A stretch of 64,000 bases of DNA from Octopus sinensis (taxonomy: Eukaryota), in the NCBI RefSeq assembly GCF_006345805.1, contig NC_043001.1:92442001-92506000 (forward strand), in the 5' to 3' direction. Below are positions 1 to 13,385 of this stretch, piece by piece. The stretch's first letter is position 1. Each line of letters opens with the position of its first letter. Under the pieces are notes generated by a model that saw only the letters and a program-made list of their open reading frames with translations, had not been told where the DNA came from and did no database searches. A program made the position numbers and the translations under genes.

Positions 1-4
1 TTAC

Positions 5-10
<6 letters not shown>

Positions 11-94
<84 letters not shown>

Positions 95-156
95 GTTTAT
101 ATATATATATATATATATATACATTTATATATATATGTATATATATATATATATAT

Positions 157-215
<59 letters not shown>

Positions 216-220
216 ATATA
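11..220. repeat. (TA)n microsatellite, one of many (TA)n, (CA)n, (CATA)n, (CT)n and (TAA)n arrays in the window
   Basis: Direct reading of the sequence. Confidence 0.98.
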
Positions 221-260
221 TTATCTTCTCTATGTTGTCTCCTTGTTTCTTTTTGTGTTC

Positions 261-296
261 CTTTCCGTGGAAGAGCGTAGGCCCGAAACGTTAAAG
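261..296 (+). ncRNA. Degenerate minimal hammerhead-like motif in a short repeat between (TA)n arrays
   Basis: cttt-ccgtggaa-gagc gtag gccc-GAAA-cg-tt-aaag. Stem I is cttt/aaag; the core deviates from CTGANGA. Confidence 0.35.
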
Positions 297-387
297 ACTT
301 TTTCTCTTCCCAAGCGCTAGACTAATACATTTGTTTGTTGTCTACACCACCTCTCTTCGTCTTTTGTTTTTTTTGTGAATTCTCCTG

Positions 388-412
<25 letters not shown>

Positions 413-418
<6 letters not shown>

Positions 419-700
419 CCAAGCAAAACGTTTTTAGACTTTCTTAGGAACAATTTTAATAATTTTCAAAGAAGTACAAAACTCTAGCCTTCATCAAAGC
501 AGGATTCTCTGACCGCAATTCGCATTCACTTAATGAAGTTCCCCAAGGAAGTCCTCCAAAGTGGAGGTGTGCAGGACCCTTATCACAGCCTCCTTCGTCC
601 TCAAAAAGACTGCTACGGAGTTTCCCCTTCAGTTTACGGAACAACCAAAAGTCCCAAGGAGAAAGGTCTGCTGGTCTGTAGGGAAGACGAGAGGCAGTTT
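413..700 (-). mobile_element. mariner transposase C-terminal fragment, degraded
   Basis: LPYRPADLSPWDFWLFRKLKGKLRSSLFED resembles the mariner YSPDLAPxDFxLF motif. Confidence 0.7.
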
Positions 701-1471
701 GATGCTCAGCCCTGTTAAATAGCTTGTAATAGCTGTTAAATAGATCGTTCCAGATAATTAGCAAACGAATAGGTAAAAAAAATCTAGTGACTTCCGAAAA
801 TTTTCGGTTAAAGACACGTTGATATTAATTATTCAAATATGCTCTTCTCTTTCTCCTAATGTCTGAGATATTACAGCCTTCCCTCCTCCCTCATTTAACT
901 GGTCAGCTAGTTGCAGCGTACCGTCTGCATCGAATCGTATTTACTCAACATTTCATTTTGTCTTTCGTATTCAGAACTATAGATCTCAGCAATTCTGAAT
1001 TATTAGATATGAGATAGTCTTAAAGATATTAGATAACAGATGTCCAAAGCTAATTTTAAAAATTACTTTTTTACAATTTTCAAGAAAAATCGGTGTTAAT
1101 GTGGTTATTATTTGAATCACATAGATTCAATAACTAAATAACTAACCCCACATTCAAATATGTTTGCCATTTTAAAATTTAAACCCAGCATTTTGTAAAT
1201 ATTTCGTTTGATTTTGAAGCGAAAAATTAGAATTTATTTGTACTTTAATTACATTTCTACATTTAATATATTGAAGCGTTATTCTAGATATTTAGAAAAT
1301 ACAGTATTAATAATTGATTACACATTACTTTTCTTATTTAGAAGCTTATTACAATTTTGCGGCTGTTACAAGATACTCGTATTCATTATCCATGTAATAT
1401 ATGTGTATGTGTGTGTATACATAATACACACATATATACATGCATACATGCATACATGCATACATACATGT

Positions 1472-1875
1472 AAGGTGGCCGCAGTTCAAAGAAGTAGTCC
1501 AGACGTCTGAGGATAAATGTGCTCCATTGGACCAACATAGTTTCTTGGTCCCTTGTTCTGAAGGTTCTCAAAATCCATCCAGCCATTTGCCTGCACACTG
1601 CCACAATATTGGTGATATGCATGTGAAACAAGGCATCGTTGCTTATATCAATCCACAGATCACACACGATATGTGATTCTAGGATTGCCGCACCTTTTGG
1701 ACGAACCGGATATCGTTTTTGTGACTTCTGAGCACCAATTAGCTGGTAGCGGAGGGCTTGGAATTTTCCTGCATTAAATTTATGTTGTACTCTTCAGTCC
1801 ATTTACATATGGTATCTGAGTCTTTCTGCAGAAGATTAGCATCAGAAGGTTCCTTGACTGCTTGTACTACTTTTG
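1472..1875 (-). mobile_element. CR1/L2-like LINE fragment, RT C-terminal region
   Basis: DANLLQKDSDTICKWTEE and QMAGWILRTFRTRD...FILRRLDY are typical post-RT LINE segments. Confidence 0.65.
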
Positions 1876-1877
1876 TG

Positions 1878-1962
<85 letters not shown>

Positions 1963-1991
1963 AAATAATAATTATTGTATTTGCAAAGATG

Positions 1992-2051
1992 ATCACACTG
2001 ATGAGTTGCAGACAATTACGTAAGCGATAACAACGAAACCGGGTTTGTGAT
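1992..2051 (+). ncRNA. Type I minimal hammerhead ribozyme
   Basis: Stem I atcaca(1992-1997)/tgtgat(2046-2051); CTGATGA 1998-2004; stem II gttg/caac; GAAA 2035-2038; minimal stem III; GTT cleavage triplet. Confidence 0.75.
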
Positions 2052-2208
2052 TAATCTATATTTTGTATCTTTTCATTTGTCTTGCTCGCTTACGTTCTGG
2101 CGTTTGCTAAATTTTTTTTGAGAACATTCCTTTCCTAGTGGTAAGACCATAGCGAATCTTCTTCTAGCATAATGGATGTCCACTTACAGGTCATCCCTCT
2201 TATATATG

Positions 2209-2253
<45 letters not shown>

Positions 2254-3179
2254 ATTCCTTTTTGTTTGTATTTTAATTAGATTTTAAACTGTTAAGTAAA
2301 TTAAAAAAGAATTCATTTTTCTGCCGTTGAAAATACAAAACTTGAATAATAGTTTAAGAGGAATTATTAGCAAAAAATGAATATGATAGCCTGTGGAGTA
2401 TTATCATATATACAAATCGATGTGGTAGTTTTCTAGATTCTAATCTTATGTGTTTTTTGTAAACTCTGTCGTACATGACTTTGTCACTACAGAAGATACT
2501 ACTGTATATGGTGTTAAACTTATAGAATCCATAGAGAGTGGACTGTTGAGTCTCATCCTATTTTGACTGCTACTACTTCTTACAAATGTAAACTTCTTAC
2601 TTAAAGCTAACTACAATGAGGTGATGAGATGGAACGAAGCAAATAATCCCTCTGACAAAAGAAGACAGTCAATTAAGTTATCATATGTTTATTGTGAAAG
2701 GAAAGGCGTGGAATGGAACGGTAAATTTGATTATGATATAAAAAGCTTGCAAAATATTCATGAATTTTATTGGATATTTTAAACATTTGAAATACACAAT
2801 GTATTATGTACTTTTTCGATTATTTAGTGCAGAGCTTTCATAGAATTTCAGCCACTCCTGAAAAAAGAATGAGAGCTTTTTAATATATTTCCGAGTATAA
2901 TACGTAGGCAGCGTCTTAGAATTTTGTGAAAATATGATTTGTCTTTTCTTCATTTATTTAATATACACACTCCCTTGAAATCTTGCACATTTGTTTGAAT
3001 TTTCTGCAAATATTATAAGCGGACGTAGCAGACATTACATTTTCATAATAGTTCAATTTTATACTGAACACACACCGGCATGTTCACTTTTCCATCTAAC
3101 TCTCTCTCTCTCTCACTCTTTTTCTTTCTCTCTTCCTATCTCTCTCTCTTTCTCTAACTTTCTTTCATTCTCTATTCTC

Positions 3180-3263
<84 letters not shown>

Positions 3264-3815
3264 TAATTATTCCCAGACAAATTCTGTGCAGCACGGAATT
3301 TTGTCAGTGAATAGGTCAAAATAAATTTAAATGTTGAAGTAAATTTAACGGTTTTTGTGTGTTTTTAAGTGGCTTATAAACACGTTCCACGCTGCTATAG
3401 TTTGTACTGGGAGAAGAAGAAACGAAACGAAACGGAACGAATCGAATCGACGCGAAGGCGCTCAGTCATACAATAGTGTAATAAATAAAATATATGCATA
3501 CATACATATATGTACGTACCTACATCTACATGTATATATACATGCACATATAAATATATATACGTGAGTGCAGGACACCACAAATAGACGCAGAACTCAA
3601 CGAGAACGAAAACGTAAAATCAAGCATGGAACGAACCTTTTTTTTTACAAAGAAAAAACAGAGTACTAGACAAACTACATATATATATATATACAAACAA
3701 GAGAGACAGAGGCATGCAGAAACAAGGAAAACACTTGTATTTGAACACTATGCAAATATTCTTTTAAAAAACTTTTCTTTCAATTTTTCCACAATTTAAT
3801 TGTTTTCCATACTTA

Positions 3816-3851
3816 CAGTTGAAAAAGTCTCAATGACTGAAATCGGCACTG
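3816..3851 (+). ncRNA. Degenerate minimal hammerhead-like motif
   Basis: cag-TTGAAAA-agtc tcaat gact-GAAA-tcgg-ca-ctg. Topology is kept; core and cleavage triplet are mutated. Confidence 0.4.
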
Positions 3852-3936
3852 AAATATATTTTATAAAATTGTTTTAGCATTTTCTATTTTGAGTTTTTTT
3901 CCATATATATCAACTCGTATGTTCCTTATCAACCTT

Positions 3937-3999
<63 letters not shown>

Positions 4000-4000
<1 letters not shown>

Positions 4001-4412
4001 TTTACTCTTTTACTCTTTTACTTGTTTCAGTCAGTTGACTGTGCCCACGCTGGAGCACCACCTTTAGTCGAGCAAATCGACCCCAGGATTTATTCTTTGT
4101 AAGCCTAATACTTATTCTATCGGTCTCTTTTGCCGAACCGCTAAGTTACGGCGACGTAAACACACCAGCATCAGTTGTCAAGCGATGTTGGTGGGGGGGT
4201 ACAAACACAGACACACAAACATATACACACACACACACACATATGTATATATATACATATATACGAGGGGCTTCTTTCAGTTTCCGTTTACCAAATCCAC
4301 TCACAAGGCTTTGGTCGGCCCGAGGCTATCAGCCCAAGGTGCCACGCAGTGGGACTGAACCCGGAACCATGTGGTTGGTAAACAAGCTACTTACCACACA
4401 GCCACTCCTACA
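4000..4412 (-). mobile_element. tRNA-derived SINE, family B (ggagtggctgtgtggtaag head, internal microsatellite, gtaaaaga-type tail)
   Basis: Closely similar copies at ~12494-12904, 27067-27555, 42595-43050 and elsewhere. Confidence 0.85.
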
Positions 4413-5100
4413 TATATATATACACACATACCCACACACACACACACACACTCACATAGACACACACGCACGCATATATATATATATATATGTATTGTTA
4501 AAAGGGATAGCCGTAGCGTTACTGATTGGGTGATATACAAGATATTAGTAGATACCAACGTCGTAATAAAAATTATAGAGTAACACAGGAAATATTTAAG
4601 AAATAAATGAAGATTCAGAGAATTGTAAATGAAAAGCACGATAATTAAAATGAAAGAAAACGACATTATCGGGAAGGCTGTACTGTTTTGGAGGAATCGT
4701 TGATAGTTCAGCTATTCACTATTTCCCCTTGTTTTCGTTTTCTGTCTATTACTTTCGCTACGTATTGTGTTTGCTTCCTTCTTTTTGTTCCTTCTTTTTT
4801 TCTTCTTTCCTCTGCATTCTTTCCATCCCACACCCTATCTCATAAGAATTAAACATAAATGTTCAAAGTCTATTAATTTTCAGTCACAACTTACTTCCTC
4901 GAGATTCTGTGCAGCCGTAGGTGAAACTCAGAGTAGACAGAGACTGACGAGATCGAAATTTATCAGTGTGTATGTGTGTGTGTGCTTGCAAGCGCGCGTG
5001 CGTGTGCATCTACGTGTGTATGTGTATGTATGCGTGTATGTATGAAGTTGGGTGAGTAGGTATACATAGATGATCCTATGTAGATATATATGTACGTATA

Positions 5101-5169
<69 letters not shown>

Positions 5170-5842
5170 GTGTGTGTTTGTGTATATATATATATATATA
5201 TGCGTATGTTTATGTACATTTATATGTGTGTGTGTGGTGTGTGTGTGTGTGTGTGTGCGTGTGTGTGTGTTTGTGTATATATATATATATGCGTATGTTT
5301 ATGTACATTTATATGTGTGTGTGTGTGTCTACGTGTGTGTGTATGTATTTGTGTATGCTTATCTACATGTAAATGCGTGTATGTCTGTGTAAATGTATAC
5401 GCAAACTGATAGATAGATAGATAGATAGATACTTTATGTTGTGACAATGTGCAAGAATATCATGAATATATATGATAGTGGAAAATACCACCGAGATGCT
5501 TTCTTGGAATATAGTAGGGTCTCCTCTGTGTATTATAGATTTTTTGACTGAGAGACTTCGATGATCTGTGGTTCTGCAAGCTGTTAGTGGACAAAAACTC
5601 CTGCCATAATTGTTGTTAGAAATACAAAAAGTAGATAAAATCAGTGAGATCAGTTGACATTTCTTGACAATCTACATTGAAACTGGAATGGATTTCGTCC
5701 TTAAATCGAAGTTTTCCATTCTCTGTATTATATAATAGTCTACCATACAAATTATTAAGTGTTATCAATGACATTTTCTTTTTCTTTTTTAAAGCTTCTC
5801 AGAGAATATTATCTGTTCTTTGGATTATAAAATAGTGATAAA

Positions 5843-5988
5843 ATGAAGAGTTATTCTCACGCATCAAGTATTCGTCAGCTATGCTACGAAACTATTCCGC
5901 AAAGATTGTTTCGTTATGCGCTTGAAGATCCAGAAAAGGTAGCATTTGTTTATTATGACAACAAAATTCAACGAACACAGATAACACG
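5843..5988 (+). CDS. ANL-family enzyme paralog 1, first coding exon (MKSYSHASSIRQLCYETIPQRL...RTQITR)
   Basis: ATG at 5843; 146 nt; donor CG|GTGAGT; polypyrimidine/AG acceptor at 5793-5794 in the 5'UTR; homologous to exons at 31774 and 48539. Confidence 0.9.
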
Positions 5989-6618
5989 GTGAGTACTATC
6001 ATATTTTAATATTTTCTCTGGGATATTTCCACTTTCCTTATTGGAAAGATTAAATACAGGGGTTTAGAACCTTTCACAAAATAACGTCTTTTAAACACGC
6101 TTTTTGGATGTATTGCAAAACAAAAAGAAGATTGTTTCAGTCAAAAAGAACCTTATTTAGCGAAGTGATTTATTTACCATATTTCAGTATAGTATCCCAT
6201 CCAATATGTATCTATTTCTAGAAAGAGAGAAATTATATAATGAAATTACATTAGACTTTGGCGCATGTTTTCTTCTTACAAATAACACACTATCCTATTA
6301 ACATTTTAATCCAACAAAAATTTTTTTTTAGTGTTTATCAGATATATGTACGTGGGATCTTAAGCTGTATTTCTAAAACAAACATCACTCAATATAAAGG
6401 ACCGGAGCACTTCAACATAGTACTGATGTGCTCTAGTACTTTAGAATATAGAAAATATATATGTAGAATATAATTACAAATTGAAATAGTATTATCTGGT
6501 AATTGATTATTGATTAAAGTGTATTCCTCCATTTTCTTATTTTGTATGTAGAATATATATATAGACTAGAATACATACATACACACATACATGCGCACAC
6601 ACGCACACACAAGCACAA

Positions 6619-6650
<32 letters not shown>

Positions 6651-7878
6651 AAACACACACACACACACACATATATATCCTGAAAATGTTTCTTTGTGAA
6701 GGTTTCTTTCCTACTTCCCATAAAGAAAAGGCATTATATGTTGATTAAACATCCTCCCGTAGAAGTATACACAAGTTCAGTTACTAAATTTCACTTATGA
6801 TTTTGTGATTGGCATCCTATGAGGACCGTTTTGGTAAGAACAGTGATTATCGTAAATTAGAGGAAAGTAGCCAATATCACTGGGTATGTTAAACGAGTCA
6901 TAACTTATGAAATTACGTACACATATTAGTATTGAGTATCTATTGACCATTCATTTGCCTTTCTTTTTGAATTTGGGTCTAGAAATAGCTTGTACAGAGA
7001 CGTCATGTAAGTTACTGAAAGCCAATATTATATTTGCTAGTTTATGTGAACACAATTACAATTAGAACAACATTAAAATATATATTCCTGTGGCCAGTGA
7101 AAGATATATGATGATTTCTAATATAAATCCTAATGGCGAAAACTGAAAATCAGTTTGCCATTCTGCTGTAGTAGCTTATCCACAGCCATTAAATTATATG
7201 AATATAAGTCACATAGTGATGCATACAATTTATAACTCAAAGAGATGAGCTAAATATCAATATTTCTCATGAATTGTAAGGCAGTGAGGTGGCAGAGTCG
7301 TTACCACGTCTTTTCATCCTGAGTTCAAATTCCGCATTTTGGGGTCAATAAAACAAGTACTAGCTGTGTACTGGAGTCGATGTAATTGACTTACCTCTTC
7401 TTCGAAAATCAACCATTTATTTCCCCTACACAGATCCTAATACCAGTTGCATAGATTTTATTTATGAAAGCCATCCATCCTATTTCATCAGGTTCAATAT
7501 GCATTCATGAGAAATTAATTCAGTATATATTGTTTTCAAATTTTGGTACAATGCCAGCAATTTCAAGCGAGGGTGTAAAGTCGATTACGTAGGCCGCAGT
7601 GCTCAGCTAGTTCTTGTTTTATTGATTGACCGCGAAAGAGTATATATGTATATATACCAGCCTAGGGAGTGGAGCAGGTAAAATCCAGGCTACGTAAATT
7701 TCCTATCTAGCAGATCCTCAGAGATAATAATTACCCGAGAAGTACTCCGCTAGCTACTCGTCAGGCCGAAGATGCCTTAATTGTATGAAGGTTAAATTGT
7801 CGTTAAAGAGTCTCACGTTAACTCGCCAGAGGCATATATAGATGCATACATACATACATACATACATACATACATACA

Positions 7879-7931
<53 letters not shown>

Positions 7932-8032
7932 TGTATATATGTAGCATAATCCTCAAACACTTAAATATATTTGTAACATGCATTCAACTTACCGACGTAT
8001 TATCTGCATTTCCTTTATTATTTTCTTTCAAG

Positions 8033-9473
8033 GAGAGAACTCTACGAAGGTACTGAAGCGTTTGCAAAGTTCCTTGTGGGAAAAGGAATCAAGAAAGGTG
8101 ATCGAATTGCCCTCTGTGTATCGAACTGTGTTGAGTGGATGACATATGACAGCGGTATTATGTTGGCAGGAGGATGTTCGGTGAGACTCTGGGCCGGACA
8201 AGCTGATTTCTTGCCCATGTTAGAAGATTGTGTGGCAGCAATTTTTGATTCAGATCCAACCTTTTACAATAAGTTACTTAAGGTGGCAGATATTTCCGAA
8301 AACGGTAAAGTGGTCAGTGAAACTTTTCCTAACCTGCGTTTAGCTATAAACGTTTCTGAAATAAAGTCTTTACGTACAACCAACTGCCAAAACATTAACC
8401 TTCCCCACATGGAAGCCGAAGATGTCACAATCATTGTGCAAACGTCTGGGTCAACAGGGAAACCTAAGCGGGTTACTCATAGCAGCTTTGATATCATCAA
8501 CTGTGCATCGTGTTATTGTGAGAAAGCTGGTATAACACAGAATGATGCAGTTTTTAATGAACGTTATTTTGGCTATGGTGGATCATATCCTCTCTCATTT
8601 GTGGCAACTGGGTGTAAATATGTCTCTGCAGATATGTGTAGCTTAAACTGCCCAAAGGATTTCCAGAAACTTAAGAATCTCTTAACGAAGGAGAGCTGTA
8701 ATATTTCATCTATGATTCCAGCTGATTTACGTTTATGTACAGGTGATAAACCGATTTTAGATTTAGTTATGTTAGCTGGTGATATACCTTCGTATGATGC
8801 TATGAAACAAGGTTTATTTTGGACAAAAACTATTGACAACTTTCTTACAACTGCCGAAACCCTAATGATTGCAGTGAGGAGATTCAGCAAGGATAATATT
8901 GGGGAATATTATCCGGGACTGATAGGTCCACTACTACCTAATGTGGAAGCGAAAATTGTTGATGACCATAACAATATTGTCGATATCGGAAAAGATGGTT
9001 ATTTATGTGTACGAAGTAGGTGGTGTACGAAAGTTTCAGCTGATGGGAAACCAGTTCTAGATGATGGATGGTTTAAGACAAGAGACATTTGTAAAATGAC
9101 TGAGGATAAGGAAATAATTATGCTTGGCAGAGACGTTGACTTCATTCTGAAGTCAGCTAGAAAAGTGCCAATTAAATTTGTTGAGAATCATGTACAGCGT
9201 CACCCAGATATTGATGGCGTTGTAGTTGTTCCTATTCCGGATGAAGAACATGAATTTAAAGTTTGTGCTTGTGTCATTATGAAATCTGGGAAAAGGTTTG
9301 ATGAGAAATCAATCCTTAAGTTCTGCAATGAATATATGCCTCCACCAAGTTTCTTCGATTATGTAACATCCACCCCTGACTGTCTTATTCAGTTTGATAG
9401 GTTTCCTAAACTAGGGAACGGAAAAGTTGACAGACTTTCAATAAAAGATTTAGCGATTAATCGTTTAACTTAG
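8033..9473 (+). CDS. ANL-family (acyl-CoA synthetase/luciferase-like) enzyme paralog 1, main exon; spliced protein 528 aa
   Basis: Acceptor ttttctttcaag|G restores frame (phase 2). GIKKGDRIAL, P-loop QTSGSTGKPK, GWFKTRD, PKLGNGKVDR. Confidence 0.93.
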
Positions 9474-10303
9474 AGTACAAAATTGGGTGATGTAAGAATA
9501 TACTCCACTGACTATTTCGATTTCTTTTCTTTTTGACTTTGGTAATTAAAAACGAAATGTTATCTTTGAAAGTATATTGTGAGAACTGATCAGAAATTAA
9601 CTCATAATTGCACAGCTGACTTTAATTGTGACTATATTTTACAATATTCCTACATACTTGCCTTTGTTTTATCTATTTACTAATAGTGCACTTTGACTAC
9701 GGAATTTAAAACGTCTTCCTCACGACTTTTTATTCTCATTTTATCGTTTGATGTTTTTGGGTAAGAAAAGAGTCACGATATTACTTTTCTTTTTCTATAA
9801 TGTTATATGTGGGCGGTTTTTTAAATTTATATTTTTCATCAGTAGTAAATGTTATCAATTATACATTCATATATATAATGATTGCTCTGTCTGATCAAAT
9901 TTATTTGATAAATGACAAATTTTGCATTGTATTCTTTTTTCTTTTGCTAATAAAAATAATGAGTAAAATTTTTGCGTTCTCTTATTTTATATTGCAAAAT
10001 AATGCAACTATAATTTATTACTATATAAGTTGCTAGCTGTTGAAAGCTACTAGGATTTTATGAATGTATCTCAAGAGTTATTGTTCTATTAAGGTATCAG
10101 TAATAGTGGAAAATCAGTTACCCTACTATTGTAGTCGAATAGAGTGTTACAGCCGCTATTGCTTCCTGATTTTCTTCTAAAGTAGTTAGGCTAGCAATAA
10201 TGTTCTTGAGACATATAATATCTTCATTGCATATTCACATTGTTAGTACTCAAATATTTTGAGTGTAATAATGTTTCAATCTGGGATTACACAGCAACTG
10301 CAA

Positions 10304-10676
10304 GGAGGCGCAATGGCCCAATGGTTAGGACAGCGGACTCGCGGTCGGGGGATCGCGGTTTCGATTCCCAGACCGGGCGTTGTGTGTGTTTATTGAGCGA
10401 AAACACCTAAAGCCCCACGAGGCTCCGGCAGGGGGTGGTGGCGACCCCTGTTGTACTCTTTCGCTCCAACTTTCTCTCACTCTTTCTTCCTGTTTCTTGT
10501 CCCCGTTTTCCTACGCAACCGCTGAGCCTGGATGCGCATTCATCCATCCGTCGATGCTCTCGGTGTCGGGGGTTTACCTGCTTTCTCTTCTGCGGGTCTT
10601 ACGAATAGCAAAGGACCACGTTCTGGACTCCTCCCATCTTGCAAGCTCTGGGACAAAGACCGTTCGCTCAACAGCA
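10304..10676 (+). mobile_element. tRNA-derived SINE, family A, with 13-bp TSD
   Basis: Head ggaggcgcaatggcccaatggttag...ggtttcgattccc (A/B boxes). ACAGCAACTGCAA at 10291-10303 and 10677-10689. Confidence 0.9.
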
Positions 10677-11684
10677 ACAGCAACTGCAAATGCTATAGAA
10701 ACGAGAATATCAGCAACAGCAAGCACAACAACATTAATGACAACACTGTCAGGCATTTCTATTTGTCGAATTGATAAGTACCGCTTGGATTTGTTGACTA
10801 TACTAATATTAAGAAAGAAGAAAAATATCAAATCATCCAGATCGCATCTACAAAGAAAGCATATTGCGGGGTCAGAGTATACGAACTACATAATTTGTCA
10901 ATACTATCGGACGGTAGGATACACTGACTGAAATTTTGTAAACTACAGTATACAAAGAAATAGACTTGATTACGAGAAGCTGATTGTCTCATACTCACAC
11001 TGCAATATTAAACTACTCGTATTCATGAGTTGGACGGGAGTTGAATGAGGTGGTCAACAAACAGCAGTACATTTTCCTTAAAGGGAGTCATTGATTAAGT
11101 TTAATAAGGGCTAGCACAATAGAAAACAATATCCTAAAGAATAGCTAGTAATAATGTTAGAAAGGAGAGTTAAGAAATTCATATTTGACGTGTTAGCATA
11201 GAAAATGAGAATTTCTGTAACAAGAAATACAACTGAGCGAAAAATCATTCGATGGGCCGTTTGCTATAAAAAACACGGTTTTGGTTTTTGACGGATAAGA
11301 ACGAATATGTGCTTTTCGATTCAGTGCGGTGTAAAATCTTTTAACAACTCTATTTGCAACAGTCTGGGTAAGACGGTGTATGGCGATGCTTACCTTGACG
11401 GTCTAACCATGATTCTCAATAGATTTCATGTGAAATGAAAAGCCTAAAATGGCAGCCGAGATATAAGACGAACTGTGTAATTGTTCCGCTACTTTCACTA
11501 TGGTATTCGCAAATGTATATCGCAAATGGGGCGGATTTGAAAGTATATTCAGTTATGGGAACCGAGGAGTTGTTTCGTTGTTTAGAAAGAATTGGGCATT
11601 GATTAATATTGATAAATCTAAAGCTTTTCATGAGGTCGACCATGACTACGAGGCGACTGATTAAGCACCGCTCGTGTTATATTC

Positions 11685-11721
11685 TGTCAAGCGATGTAGG
11701 AGGACGAACACAGACACACAA

Positions 11722-11759
<38 letters not shown>

Positions 11760-11923
11760 GCATATATACGACGGGCTTCTTTCAGTTTCGGTCTACCAAA
11801 TCCACTCACAAGGCTTTGGTCGGCCCGAGGCTAAAGTAGAAGACACTTGCCCTAGGTGCCACGCAGTGGGACTGAACCCGAAACCATGTGGTTGGTAAGC
11901 AAGCTACTTACCACACAGCCACT
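11685..11923 (-). mobile_element. SINE family B, partial
   Basis: Matches the head half of other family B copies. Confidence 0.8.
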
Positions 11924-12119
11924 CTGAACAATATATGCGTCCCTTGCTTTAGAAATGTCCTAAACGACCTGCTTATTTATACATTTAATCCCCAGAAGAC
12001 CAATATATGTTATTTATATATCATATATAATAAAATACAGTAGGCTTCACGTCGGTCAATTTGGCAGAAGGGAACTAAAACAACAAACGAAATTAAAGTG
12101 ACAATGAGAAACGTTAAAT

Positions 12120-12470
12120 TCAGGCACGCACCCAGAAGAAACCTTCGTTATGCTAAGTTCATTGTGCAGAATATTCTCAACTCTCTTACGAGATATGCTA
12201 ATAGCATTGTTTATTTGATTCATAGTCATTCGTCTGTCATCCATCACCAGGTATGAACACAACGTTTTCCTTAGTGACTGCAGTTGCAGGATGTCCAGAT
12301 TTGGGGTCATTTTCAAAACTCTTCCTTCCTCTCCTAAATTCAACTACCCACTTTTGCACTGTTAGAATGAATGTTTTCAGGGGTTAGACCCTTTTTCTGC
12401 AGGTATTTGATAACACCACAATGCAAAATTATTAATTAATCATTATTAATTTTAAAATCTTCTTTGAACA
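12120..12470 (-). mobile_element. mariner transposase N-terminal fragment
   Basis: DRRMTMNQI...VENILHNELSITKVSSGCVP: HTH region leading into a degenerate WVP motif. Confidence 0.7.
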
Positions 12471-12493
12471 GTCAGATGTCCATTTATCTCTTC

Positions 12494-12904
12494 TACTCTT
12501 TTACTTGTTTCAGTCATTTGACTGCGGCCATGCTGGAGCACCGCCTTTAGTCGAGCACATCGACCCCAGGACTTATTCTTTGGAAGCCTAGTACTTATTC
12601 TATCGATCTATTTTGCCGAACCGTTAAGTTACGGCGACATGAACATTCCAGCATCAGTTGTCAAGCGATGTTGGGGAGACAAACACAGGCACACAAACAC
12701 ACACACACATACACATACACATACATATACATATATACGACGGGATTCTTTCAGTTTCCATCTATCAAATCCACTCACAAGGCTTTGGCCGGCCGGAAGC
12801 TATAGTAGAAGACATTTGCCTAAGGTGCCACGCAGTGGGACTGAACCCGGAACCATGTGGTTGGTAAGCAAGCAACTTACCACACAGCCACTCCTGCGCC
12901 TATA
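12494..12904 (-). mobile_element. SINE family B, full length
   Basis: Head, microsatellite and tail all present. Confidence 0.88.
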
Positions 12905-13078
12905 AAGAAACACTGCACTTATTAAGTGTAAAGGAACACCGCAGTTATTAAGAAGAAGGGTTGAAATTAATGTAAACAAGACTTCACAGATCTAGTATTA
13001 CTCCTTCAAAGTCAGCTTCTGAACATTTTAGGCCGCTTTCATATTAGTTTTATATATATTACATATAATATTAGATAA

Positions 13079-13385
13079 TCACAGTATCGACCAGACCATC
13101 AGATGCTATTGTACACCACTGATCATAATGCACATCCATTTCTTTCTTGATTGTGCCATTCTTTTCGATCTTCACCCATATCGCTTAAGTAAATAGTCTT
13201 TCTATCACAGTGAAAGCCTTCCAAATAACCTTTTCCGATCTGTTGGATACCACTCGGTAACTTCGTCCAAATAACCTTTTCCGATCTGTTGGATACCACT
13301 CGGTAACTTCGTCCAAATAACCTTTTCCGATCTTTTGGATACCACTCGGTAAGTTCGTAGGTCCACCTGTTGTTTCTGAGGATAT
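13079..13385 (-). mobile_element. RTE-type LINE 3' fragment with internal 46-bp triplication
   Basis: NNRWTYELTEWYPKDRKR matches the RTE C-terminus at 62765-63133. Repeat units start at 13221, 13267 and 13313. Confidence 0.75.

Noticed and set aside
5-320. Many ORFs of YI, CV, HT, MYVC, poly-N and poly-L repeats across the window
   Set aside because: They are translations of microsatellites.
7760-7805. ccgaagat-gcctt...aaggt hammerhead-like hairpin in paralog 1 intron
   Set aside because: GAAA is missing and no stem I is evident.
8573-8890. Antisense ORFs within the ANL exons (also 35159, 52154, 52589)
   Set aside because: Shadow ORFs; their similarity is explained by the sense genes.
8076-9473. 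ORF-track starts at 8076, 34701 and 51696 as true starts
   Set aside because: The frames stay open upstream to splice acceptors that join conserved 146-nt first exons.
10304-10378. tRNA gene
   Set aside because: tRNA-like SINE head that continues into a SINE body with a TSD.
13221-13359. CRISPR-like array
   Set aside because: Units are adjacent with no spacers, there are no cas genes, and the context is a eukaryotic RTE.
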